The notes under the pieces are model-generated. The model saw only the letters and a list, made by a program, of their open reading frames with translations, had not been told where the DNA came from and did no database searches. Shown here piece by piece: positions 27,079 to 38,798 of a stretch of DNA of 64,000 nucleotides. How positions within the stretch are numbered: position 1 is the first letter of the stretch; each line of letters starts with the position of its first letter. Source of the DNA: Callorhinchus milii (Eukaryota); contig NW_024704743.1 of NCBI RefSeq assembly GCF_018977255.1, forward strand, positions 558,001-622,000, in the 5' to 3' direction. Made by a program: the position numbers and the translations under genes.

Positions 27079-30000
27079 CGCTTGTGCTCCAGGTGTATCG
27101 CCATGGCAGAAGTATTTCTTACGGCTGATATCCCCCTCCCCACCAACAACACCACACCGCCAAACCCCCCGCAGAGAATTTTTTTTTTTTACACAAAAAA
27201 AAAGCCTCCTTCGGTTTTTTTTCCTGCCTAGTGCACCTGTTCGGTCAGAACTGAACTGCAGCTTAAGGAAAGGAGTCGAAAGCATTTTTGAATGCGAAGC
27301 AATTCAGCAACTGCGAGGAGGAGGAGGGGGAGGAGGAGGAGGAGGAGGAGGCGAGGATTTTTCCCATTACTTCCCATTCCCGCCATCCTCACGACGGACA
27401 CCGGGATGGGCCTTTCTCAAGCTTATCCAGCCTGGCATCGCAACATCTTTTTCTAACAAGAATTCTTACGAAACATACACGTGTGTGTGTGTGTGTATGT
27501 GTGTGTACATACCTATATACACACACAAACACAGGCACGTAAACACACTCAAACTCGCACACGCACACACACAATATCTGATAAGGACTGTGGTTTTAAT
27601 AGTTGTCTTTCCTTCTCTCTAGCTACCAAAAACAAGTATTTGGGCAGTTCTGTGATATCTTAAAAAAAATGTTTTTATTTTCTTCCTTGTTTCAGTCATT
27701 GCTGTGCAGACCAGCTTGTTGATCTCTCAGTGTTTGACCTGATTCTGTGATCTCTTTTACAGAATGAAGTGCCTTTTGTAACAAACAATAATTTTAGGAG
27801 GGAGGGCGGGCGGGGGGGTGGGGGGAGGGATGTGTGGGGGGGAGTGGGGTGGGGGGGGGAGATGGGAGGGTTGAAACAACAAAGCAGCTTTTTTTTATAT
27901 ACAGCATATTCCAGAGATCTTTATCTTTCAATGACTGTATGTTTTGAAAAAAGAAAACAAAATAATTCATCTTTATGAGCACTGTTATTTATGCTAAATG
28001 GGTCAGAAAGGTTATTCTGGCTTCGAGCCTCCAGTGTCATTTAATGTGTCTTTTTTTTTTACATCAATTGGCTTTGGGAATACCGAATGGGCACCCAGTA
28101 CATTCTTTTTGTAGTTTTATTTTGAATCTGGGGACGATTTAGAATTGCTTATGTTACAACAAGCCATGACTGAATGACTTGATAAGGAACAGATTAAGAA
28201 ATTGAGGTTAATCCAAGTGCCATCAGATGTATAGCATATTTGTTTCCCTCTCTGGCGTTCTCCTCTGGTGCTTTTTATAGCTCTTTTCCCTATTAATCTT
28301 AAACAAGAGTGTTTGTCGGTCGGGTTAAAGCAACGGGAGTTTATCAGCGCGCAGCGATTCCGAGGTTAACCTCGGCGAGGTTCCTTCAGTCGCTCTCTCT
28401 CTTCCCCCGGCCATCTGAGTTAACGTAAGTCACTTTCTTGCCTCTCTCCCTCTTTGAGTCGTGGCGTTCTGACCGTTAATGCAGCGCATGCGAGTGATCT
28501 GGGGGGCAGAGGAAGGAGGAGGTGAGGTTTGCTTGGGTTTTGGTACAGTGTTTCCGTATTGAAATGCAGGTTTTACAGCACAGAAAGGAGGAGGCCATTC
28601 GGGGGTGGGTATAGGATGTGGGACGAGAGGACTGAAGGCGTGTTAAATATTGGTTCAACTGCGATTTTTCTACACACATCAAAACCGGTGTTGAATTTTA
28701 CCCACTTCTACTGCGACGGAAATGGTGTGGGGGGGGGGGGGGTGGGATGGGGGAGACGAGACGAGAGAGAGAGAAATGGTCAGATCATATTTTTATTATA
28801 GTGCCATCCATCTGGAAATTTAACATCAACTCAACAAGAAAAAACTTTTGTCTCGCGCACATCTTACATCGCGAGTGACTTCTCTGGGCTGTTCTGGGGG
28901 CCGAGTGCTATTAGTTTGGACCAGTCGGCCTCGATCTCACACCGCAAATGGCCAAACGTCGGTCATCTGTCACGTCATCGCCTCTTTAGTCAATCCTGTT
29001 TCAGTCAGCTGACGTCCTTTCATTTCACGTCCTTTCATTACCTCGGCTAACGCTGGGTAAATTCACTCCACGGCTGTTTGTGTGGGACAATGTGTACAAA
29101 TTAGCCCACACCGTGGCCCACAAGTTACCGTCTTGTACCCCTCACAGTAAAGTCCAGTGAAGGCTTTGCCGGTCGAAAGAAAGATCGGCAGTTGTTGTTA
29201 CGCTCTCCCCAAACCACCCTTTCCAAAAACCTGCCCCTGGGGGACCTTTTGCGGATGGATTGCTGGCCACCAGGGAGGGAGGGCTTCAGTGCCTGTGTGT
29301 GTGTGTGTGTGGCTGTGTGTGTGTGTGCAGTGTGTGTATCAACAGCCAATCTTCCTGACCACAAAGTCGGTTGACGAAAGTGCCTCCCCTCTTGGTGCAC
29401 GATAGCCGTGAACCGCTTCTAGACCATTGCCCGATCTCCGCGTCTCCAAGCAGATTTCCTCTGTCGGCACCAAATAGGCCTCGGAGATGGAATTGGATGG
29501 ACGAACTGCGCTCGTGTTTGTAGTCAATGTTAGCGAGCTCGCCAGAGACAGCCTCCCGGGCTACTGGTATCAACGCACCCTGTTTGTTTGGGGGTTTTTT
29601 TGCTGTAGGAATGTTTCACTAAGGAACAGGAAATTCCTGAAGGCAGCGCCTACTTTCTGTGGTTGAGTTTGTTGTCATAGCAGTGAATTGCAGTGGGCGG
29701 AGGTGGTATGGGGGGTGGAGTTTGGCTTGGCAAACGTGAGGCAAAGGGCAGGGCTGTGCGGAGAAGATATTGTTAAGAATGTCGAGAGAACAGTCCTTTT
29801 GGAGAGAAGGTCAACATCGAACCTGGATGGGGACGATACCAATGATTGCCTCGCGCACTCTCTCTCTCTCTCTCTCGGGCCCAATACGACACGTAGAGAC
29901 CCTCGACCGGGTTGGTGACTGGGTGGGATCCAAAGGTACGAAAGCTGCACTGAATGTGCCACACGAGCATTCGCGCTGAGGAGTATTTATTCCAACAGCA

Positions 30001-30519
30001 CAGAGGGACCATTGCGTTTCCCCAGACAGTGGCTGGACCTGACCTGAGAGTGTCTGACACTGACACTGGGTGAACAAATTGTTTTGAGCCTGAGGCGATA
30101 GCCAAAGCTTTCGTTATCCATATCAGGACTCTGGCTTTATTTCGGCCTCTTTTTCGGGCCGGTGCATGTACGTGCTTGTAGCCATGTCAACATTTCGTTG
30201 TTTCCAACCATCTTCTGTTCCCACGGATCTGTTTAGCAGAAGCCAATCCATTGCAGTCTTTCTTCACAGCCGTGACTGCCTTCTTACTTTGTTCGAGACA
30301 GCTGCCTAAACTGCTGATCATCTTGAGCGGGTCCTTGTTTCTTTGTTAGCCAACAGTTTACATGAGCATAATCCTCCAAACTGCCCGAGATTGAAGGCCA
30401 ATAGGAAAGAATTGAAATTATTTTCCCCGGACTTAAATAATCCCGTGATGTAGGGAGTTAACACATTTTATCATCGGAATTAAAACCTGTGGCGTAAGCT
30501 GGTCAGGGAGAATGGAGCA

Positions 30520-30760
30520 GTTAGAATCATAGAATATTACAGCACAGAAGGGAGGCCATTCGGCCCATCGTGCCTCTTTGGAAGAGTTACCTGATAGTCC
30601 CGCTCCCCTGCTCTCTTTCCCCACATCCTTGTAATTTTTTCCTCTGCAAGTCCCTATCCAAATCCCTTTTGAAAGTTGTTATTGAATCTGTTTCCACCGG
30701 CCTTTCAAGCCGTGCGTTTCAGACCTTAACAACTCTCTGGGCAAACAATTATCTCCTCGC
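30520..30760 (-). mobile_element. CR1 LINE 3' fragment
   Basis: gaggccattcggcccatcg tail motif. Confidence 0.75.
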
Positions 30761-31518
30761 CTGTCTGTCGGATGATGTTGATCAGAGCCATTTGCAGAGT
30801 TAATGCCCAGTCACTTCACCCCTAGGAAAGGGCAGGAAGCTAACACAGCTGAGGAGGTGGGGGGTGGTTTCTAGGGAAACGTTAATGGAGCTTCTATAAT
30901 TGCCCTCTAGTTCCCGAGTCTTCCGATCACTGCACGAGAGGTTGGAGGACCCTTCGGTCCATTTGATCTCATCCTTCCAAGAATACTCCATCCTGCTGTC
31001 TTCCCAACACAGCACTCACTGAGCTGTTCCTCAGAGAAACCGGCAACATCCCACAGTCAGGCCTTCCCCCAACACACAGCAAACAGCTAACAGAGGGGGT
31101 GTGGGGTGGTGGGGGGTCTGGGGGTGGGTGCTGGGGGCTGGAAGTGGTTTACAGATCGTACTGATCAGTAGCCTTGTCAGTGCAAGAGCAAATCGATGCT
31201 CTAAATCCAGAAGTCGCTGGGATCAGGCAGCAGGTGAGGCAGCATCTATGGAGAGAGGAAAATGAGTGGACATTTCCAGTCGATGACCTTGCGTCGATGC
31301 TGTTGATCAGAGGCGTTTTCTCCATTAATTTATTCCGGGTGTAACTAACCCGCCAACGTGGAACAGTGTGAGTTGATCACACGTCCCTGGTTGGGAGTGG
31401 AGCTTGGCAATAGACAGAGAGAGAGAGAGATTATCTCTTAACAAGGGAGGGAATAGGTGGCTTTTGGGGAATAATTGCGGTTGAAGCCGGGCAGAGGCAG
31501 CTCAGCGTCTCGGTGTTT

Positions 31519-31830
31519 TGTAAGGTTAATTAAACTGGTGACCCTGAGGTGAAGCATGAACTGGCACAAATTTCCTTTTAGATCGTGAAACCGTAATAAA
31601 AGATTAGTAAAGCAACGCGTATCAAAGTCGCTAAGTTTCGTCAAATCAAACTAAAGCTTACAATGGGTTCGTAAAGTTCACCGCAATGATCGGGTCGGTA
31701 TAGTGGCTTTCATGTCACTTTCCAGAAGTAAAACAAGTCCACGAGTCTTTGGGATGTCTCTTTAGTCAATCCGAGCAATCCAGAGTTGTCCTCCAGTGGG
31801 ACAAACTAACAGCATCAGCCCCTCATCACC
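31519..31830 (-). repeat. 3' LTR (approximate)
   Basis: Ends ...aaccttaCA on the - strand at 31519. Shares colinear blocks (ggtgaccctg, attagt.aag.aacgc, gtttc.tca.at, agtggcttt, tccacg) with the copy at 33411. The far boundary is uncertain. Confidence 0.7.
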
Positions 31831-32259
31831 ATCAGGATCTTCACCACTCCCTTTCACCTCAGCCACTACATTCATCTTTTCGATTCATTTTAGCGTTCGG
31901 TTTAAGAATCGTAGAAATGTTCATGTTTCACATCGGATTTCTAGATCCAACAATGACAGCAACAGCAAATCATCATTAATAATATTATGATTTCAATTTA
32001 ATTAAATGCTAGCAAGGTTTTACGTACATAAATCGTACTACCACAACAATTTAAAGTATGACTTCAGTGGGAGTTCCCTTTTTTATTATGATGTACACAC
32101 ACACCTTTTCTTTCAACATATCATTCTAAAATTCCCAATGAATGCATCTGTACTTGATCTGTATACACATCGTTTTGATTAAATACTGGAACAAAGCAAA
32201 TGATATATAAAATAAATCATAATATCTACCAATAATATTTGGATAATTGACACTAATGT

Positions 32260-33200
32260 TTATAGACATGCCGGTTGCAAACACCGGCCCCAATATTCCC
32301 CGTTTGCTTCTTTATTAACTTCCTTATGGTCACTTTTACAGGTCTTTGGTAAGTGTCTGGTGTCTCTGCATTTACCGCAGTCTATCCCAGTCGGGACTAA
32401 TATGTCCAGACTTCCCACATCGCTAACACACTAGTGTTTTTTTTATATATCGGATTTGAGCTTCATCCATCTACCTTTGCCCTCGTCATTAAGTAGTCCA
32501 GCATTTTTTTGGGCCATAATTGCTCTCTTCCCTGACTATCTGCTGCCTGACAAACTTTAATCTCTTCTTTTTTTTTCGCTTTCCTCCTGCTCTTGTTCCG
32601 TAGCCTCCCTGAGCTCTCGGTGAAATTGAATGGCCGTATCTCTCTCATCGCAGGTATCGTGAGTGAGTGAGTGGCCAACCACGAAACCTCATTAAAATGC
32701 CCGTAAGCATCCTGCTTTCCATCACATTTCGGCAATGGACTGTGCGTGGCCCGTAGTTGAATTGCGTCGTAAGGTATCCGTACTTTAGCCTTTTCTGCCT
32801 CAATCTTGTAGGGCACATTAGAAAAGTCCGATTATCCTGATTGTTTTCTTGCTGCTCTGTCATCAACATCCCTTTAGTCATTTTTAGTCGACTTGAGCTC
32901 CATTCGAGTTTCTTCTAACTCTCGTTCTCTCTGTACTCTCCCGAATTTCTCTCGAAATTCGTTCTTTTTCCAGAAAACCCCTGAACTCTTCTTGAGAACT
33001 GACGAGTTTCTCTTCCAACTCCTTTTTTTCTCCGAGCTCAATACCCGCTCGTTCTGTTGAGAACTGGCTTCCCGTTTAATTCCCCGCTTCCAGAGCTCGG
33101 AGGCACGTCGATCGAAATCCGCAAGGACTTAAATCCATGCAGCTTTAACTTGGTTAGCTTTCACTACTTTTGTTCCAGTTCTCGACGCACTCCAACCGCG
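32260..33200 (-). pseudogene. Decayed gag-like coding remnant with two zinc knuckles
   Basis: Across frameshifts and stops it reads ..KELEEKLVSSQEEFRGFLEKE..RERELEETRMELK..RIPYDAIQLRATHSPLP.., then C*RCGKSGHISPDW (32428-32387) and CGKCRDTRHLPKTC (32379-32338). Confidence 0.75.
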
Positions 33201-33391
33201 CCTGTGTTCGAGGTTGTTCCTTTTCTTTACGATCAAAGAGTTAATGAGGAGTGGGAGGATGAGAAAACAGTGCAACCGGTTCACACACCAACCGGCAAAA
33301 CCCCGACTCACTAAACGCAACTGGTCAATTACACAAATACTTCCATTTCTAAACGGCGTTAACCGATTCCTCCGACTTCGACACAACGGGG

Positions 33392-33409
33392 TTCCCTGTT
33401 CGGGAGCCA
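33392..33409 (-). promoter_or_regulatory. Primer binding site, tRNA-Lys(UUU)-type
   Basis: The - strand reads TGGCTCCCGAACAGGGAA versus canonical TGGCGCCCGAACAGGGAC (16/18), directly after the LTR end. Confidence 0.85.
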
Positions 33410-33410
33410 A

Positions 33411-33730
33411 TCGTAAAGGTTGCGGTGACCCTGTGAAGGTGACGTAGGAACCCACGCAGATTCCTCAATCGATCGATACTCATTAATTGCAAATTAGTCA
33501 AGAAACGCACGTCAGAGTTGGACGTTTCATCAGATTAACGCTTGACAACAGGTCAGTGAGGTTCGCTGCCGTGAATTGATCAGAACAAATCAAGTGGCTT
33601 TGACGAGGAATCGGTTTGTTAATCCACGTTGAGATTGGAGTGTATCCCTCTCTCCTCGAAAATTATCTATGGTTAGGAACTCGCTGATCCTTGCAAAGAC
33701 ATGTAGCGTTCAGCTCCATGGAAACACCTT
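33411..33730 (-). repeat. 5' LTR (approximate)
   Basis: Abuts the PBS and is colinear with the 31519 copy. The far boundary is uncertain. Confidence 0.7.
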
Positions 33731-36016
33731 TTGTTCAGTCGCCCTGTTAGCAACATCCAGCAGTCGTTAGGCTTCCCCTCCCTCGCCTCGATCACGATTC
33801 CAGGAGTTTTCTTCGAAACAAGCCCGAAAAAGTCCCCATTTTGTAGCCGACAACAAGGTCTTATCAACGATGATGTTTGAAACCCTTAACGTGTTCTCCG
33901 CACGCGCTTTCGCTGTTTCCCGGCTGCCGTTTCTCCGAAGAAAAATTCCACGAGCCTTTGCCATTTTTCTTCGGCCAACTCAGACCGTCCCGAGTTCTGG
34001 GTTGGCTTCCGGTTTGGAGCAGAAAACGGAGAGAATTGAAGCCGCTAACGGAGGGGGAAAGGCTTCTCCGTGCATTGGTTGTGACCTTTCATTGGAAAAG
34101 CCCGACTTCCGACACCCGCCTCTCCCTCCTTTCTGGACCCTCAGCATCTTCTACGTTCACTACCACTAACTTGGGGTGAAGCCATCTGTCGCTCTCTCGC
34201 TCTCTCTCTCTCTGACCAATTCTCCTTGCGCTATTTTATTGTGATCTGAATCCAGCCCTTGTGTGCGCGCGAGTGTGAACTCCCTCATCTTCTCCCTCCC
34301 CGCCCCCCAACCCCCCCTTAACTCTTTGCCGTGGAGTGAATATATAAGATAGCGTTCCTCAAACGCGGCGACTGTGGTGTTAGTCCTGCAGCGGGAATTC
34401 AGTCGGGCGTGTACGGTGATTTGGAATTGAACCCGGAATCCTAGTTGGACGGGTTTTAGGGTCTGGGTGAGGATGGTGGGCTCTACAGCAACCTTAATGC
34501 CCTCCCCTGTTAGAGACGTGTCACCCACTAAACCATTGAACGTTTCAGTGCTATTCTCTCCCACCGCGATTGCCGTTAAAACCTCCGGTTCATTACGGAG
34601 GGCTTGGGCCGCTACCTTGGGTATCTCAAGCCAACGGATGGGAGGGGCGGGGAGGGAGAGAAGGTGAGGAAGAGACATCGACGTCCATTTGGCTTGATCA
34701 CCGGGGAACACATCACCACGCTTAAGAGCCAGGCAGCCGAGGGTATGGTTTTGTGTTGCCTGCTATTGAGTGCGCACACACTCTCTCTCGAACCGTGTTT
34801 GTTGCCCGTGCAATGGGAGCCGATAGATCCATCATGTTAAGTCTCACGGGCAGGTTGGGCTGTGGGAGTGGGGGGGGGGGGGTCAACACTCGCCCCTCCC
34901 GTCTCCGAGCAGGCGGTGGGGAGAAGAATATTCCCAGAGTATCCTCCCATTCCCGTTGCCGTAGTCTCCTTTTCTACGGAAGCAAAACCCGTATCGGTCT
35001 TGTACATATCAAGTTTTTCTAACGGAATAGTAACCGGCTTTGAGATGGTGCGTGGAGCGAGTTACCGATGCGTGCATTGTTCCTTTCGGGTGGGGAGTTA
35101 GCGGGGAGGGGGTGGGGGGGAGAGGGCGAGGGGGAAAATTGGCGTTTGCTGTTAAATTACACTCACCAAACGGAGTTTGGCCACTGGCTGTTCAAAACTG
35201 TTCCTCACCACTGTGCCTGTGTTAACACGTACCGCCGTATGCTACGGATTCTGGGCAATAATTTCGGAGGACGGACAGATCAATGAGCTCCCGCCTGCCC
35301 CGCCGAATTGTCCCCTCCGCGTATTAGATGTGGCGGTTGGGGGGGTGGGGGGGAGGGAGAAAAAATCGGCGGGGTGGGGGGTAGGGGAATGACGTGATTT
35401 TTTTTTTAAACGACGATCGGAATAAAAAGGTTCAACTGCATAGGATCGCTTCAGGTTTCGCAGCGGTGCGTGTGCGTGTGTGTTGGCAGTTGCTGAGGAT
35501 TTAATGTGTTCAAGTAGCCTCCACATCGTCTCTTATTCCCCCACCCCCCACCCCCCTCTCTCTCTCTCTCTCTCCCACCCCCCACACGCACACGCGCGCA
35601 CACAACACGCACGCGCCCGGCCGCGCGCGCGCACACGAGCAGAGCGTTTGGCAGTTACTGAGTGGGATTTTACGTAGCGTGTGTCGCATATTTTTTTAAC
35701 ACAAAGAAGCACACCACAACAGTACTCGCTCGCTCAAACACTAAGCATATTCCGAGCTTTTTTTTGGCGTTACGAGACGCGAGTGTCGGGACTGCCCTTT
35801 AATTCTCTTTGTTCGCTTGAGCCTCAACTTGCTCTTTTTTTTAAAGATTAAAGGAGGAGAGCTAATTATTATCTGTATTTTAATACTATTTTTGTGTGCT
35901 TTTTCCTGTTTAAAAAAACAAAACAAAAAAAAGCGCAGTTGTTCGACGGTCACGACGATCAAAGCTCCTGAAATATTCCGACTGGTTTCGCGGAGACGGT
36001 GGCGGGGAGGGGGGGA

Positions 36017-36052
<36 letters not shown>

Positions 36053-37121
36053 CTTTAATGCCGATATATACGCACTGATGTGCGTCTCTGTTGCGTACGG
36101 TTGTTGTGCAAGTCGTCTAAATCAAAGGGGAATAATAAAAGGCTGGATTCTCAGTCCGGTTAGCTAGGCATTACCTTTTCCTTTCCCAGGGCGTCGATCA
36201 TGTACAACAGCTTCACAATCGTGTTTAGCTTTTCTTTCGATCTTTAAAGTTGTTAAGCTTTTCGCTGATCAAATGAACCACTTGCCTTAAAAAGAAAATC
36301 CAGTAAATGAATGTCACCTACAGTTGTTTTTCCCCCCACACCCCCACCCCCCCCACACTCGCGAGTCGTACGGCTGATTAACCAGTTGACATCCTCGGAC
36401 ACGCAACCTTCACACGTGTTCGCGCGCGCGCACACACGACCGCTCAATCGGAGAGAGAGAGATTGCTTCAGGAGCGAAGCGAATCCCGGTCGGGATAACG
36501 TGGACGTGAAAAAAATTGTCATTCCACAATATTGTTTAATTCCCCGGAGCTCTTGACTGTTCTCACTGGTACCTGTTAAATCGATCTGTTCTGTGCCTCT
36601 GATTCCAAAGGTGCTCGGATTTTTGCCTTGTAAATGATTGCTTTGGGGACGGGCGGGCGGGCGGGCGGGGGCCTGGGAGGAGGAGGAGGAGGAGGGGGGG
36701 GGAGAAGGGAAGGGGTGGGTTGGGGGGAGAAATAGGAGGAAATGAAGCAAGAAAAGTAACTATGCAAAACAAGTGGTTAATTCTGGGTTCCTTTTAAAAT
36801 AAAGTTGGGTTACGGTCTTCGGTGTTTCACCCGCGCAAACTTTTCTCCTTAACCGTTTATTCTGAAATTGTGCAACGGGAACAGCAAACAAATGGTCGGA
36901 CTGGGAAGAGGGGAGCGGAGCGAGAGAGAGAGAGAGAGAGAGAGCGCGACGGGGAGAGGATGGATTGCTTGTTTTTCATAGTTATATGGTTCCAGAGTTG
37001 GCGACACTTTTATACAATGATAAGCAGCAATACTTGAGAACACTATAAAGTTTTAAGAGGGAAAGAAACAGAAGAGGTTGTTACTGTCAGTTACTGAATA
37101 ATCTGTTTCTTTACTTTCACA

Positions 37122-37160
37122 AATAAAATAACTTTTAAACAAGTGTGGTGGTTTTTATTT
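37122..37160 (+). terminator. Candidate polyadenylation signal
   Basis: AATAAA at 37122-37127 with downstream gtgtggtggtttttattt. SINE-dense DNA resumes at ~37271. Confidence 0.55.
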
Positions 37161-37270
37161 CCTGCTTCGCACCCCCCCCCCCCCCGACCCCCCCCCACCC
37201 CAACCCACCCACCCAGAGAGGTTTGGTCCCTGGAAAGCAGGACAAGCCATCTTTGGTTACTGATGACTTG

Positions 37271-37631
37271 GGAGTCCTGGAGCTCAGCGGTTAGAGCGCA
37301 AGCGAGAGGATCCTCGTTCGATTCCCGGGCAGTGGGGGGGGGGGGAACCGTTAGGAAAGTCTCCTCACTCCGGACACCTCTGTTTACCTAACAGTAAGCA
37401 GGAACCCGGTTGTTCGTTGATTGCCGGGTGGCTTTCCCGGGAGTAGTGATACCTTCAAAAAATAAAGCAATAAACTGGTCGCTCAACCCACGGCTGTCTG
37501 GGGGACGCTGCTCTGCGCAATCGGCTGCCGGGTTTCGCCCACAAAATATACCCTCAATTCACTTTACAGTGTATCCCGTGAAGCGCTTTGAGACGTCTCG
37601 AAGACCTGATGAGGCGCCGGGACACATGCAA
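37271..37631 (+). mobile_element. SINE family A copy
   Basis: First full copy after the SINE-free interval. Confidence 0.85.
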
Positions 37632-38798
37632 ACTGGCCAACAGCATTCATAGTCTCTCACTCTCCCCCTCAAGTGGAAGGATTATTAATAATAATGAAGG
37701 GTCGAAGACATTCCATCACTGAGTCCCAACACATGAAAGACTGACCCACTGTTCAGTACAGGGTGTCCACAAAGTCCTGTTACCCCCCCCACCCCCACCC
37801 CCCCCCCACTGCGTGTATTTCTCCGGTGCAAACTGACCAGCAACTGAAACGTGGAAGGATGATGATAATTGTATTTAGAAGTTATTTGATTATATTCAGT
37901 ACGAGGGGAATGCACTCTCTCTCTCTCCTTGGAGGGACGCCCCCGTGTTTACCTAATTCCGGAGAGTATTAGGCGCAGGTTGGCGAGAGCCAAGGCTTGT
38001 GGGGGGGTGGGGGGTGGTGGGGTGGAGCCCAGAGTGTGCGTTGGGGTAACTGCTGGAGTCTAACCAACTAAACCCACACACAGCTCGGCCATCGAGAGCG
38101 CTGTCTGGCCAAGCTCGGACCACCCTCCCCGTTAGTTAGTGAGTGAGTGAGTGAGTGAGTGAGTTAGGGCTTTGGCTGCGGGGTTACCAGGAGCTGAGGG
38201 GGGAGGATTCCCTCCAGGTCCCGCCGATGGAAGCAGAGAGTCCCCGATGGCCGTTTGCAGGTCTATAACAGCCCCCTTGTGGTTCCAATCTGCCCCGAAC
38301 TGCTTCCTGCTCTGCTGTCATAGCGACGAGAAAAACTGAGATCAGTCCCCATCACAGCGAGAAGGAGGTGAGTGGTTTTTGAGAGCTTCGAGAGCTCAAC
38401 GAGCAGAAAAGCAATAAGCAAAGAATCTAAACGTAAAGCCAAGTTGGCGAGGGGGGGGCGGGCGGGTGGGGGGGACACACGAGTGAGCGAGTGAACCTAT
38501 TGGGAGGTGTGGAGAGAAGAGATGGAGAGAGAGAGCGAGAGAGAGAGCGAGAGAGAGAGAGACGGCTTTGATTTACGCAGAAGTTTGGAAAAGTTGAACT
38601 TGTTGCGTCTCGGGTCTGGGTGGAAGGAGGAGAGTTGTGGGGACAGACAGAGAGAAAGAGAGAGAGAGAGAGAGAGAGGTGGAAATGGACCTCACTTACA
38701 ATGTCCCAAAAGCTTCACACGCACCAGACGAGGCAACACAGATTTTCCCTCTCTCTTTGCCTCCGCCAGAATTTGCACAGAGAATATGCATTTGTGGT

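Larger units (their letters stand above)
31519..33730 (-). mobile_element. Ancient, internally deleted LTR retroelement / endogenous retrovirus
   Basis: Two diverged direct repeats (from 31519 and from ~33411), a PBS at 33392-33409, and between them a decayed coiled-coil/gag-like frame, CX2CX4HX4C knuckles and a TM-like remnant. Confidence 0.8.
27079..37141 (+). other. CTDSPL: Candidate long CTDSPL 3' UTR (maximal extent)
   Basis: Follows the stop codon. Has U-rich UTR-like blocks, lacks full SINE copies, and ends at AATAAA plus a GU/U-rich element. The extent is inferred. Confidence 0.45.

Noticed and set aside
32463..32816. 117 aa - strand ORF as a functional domesticated gag gene
   Set aside because: Flanked by frameshifts and stops, no ATG start, and the first knuckle is broken. 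Treated as a decayed remnant.
35509..35520. TTCAAGTAGCC as a second miR-26 copy
   Set aside because: Only the first 8 nt match, and no complementary arm is evident.
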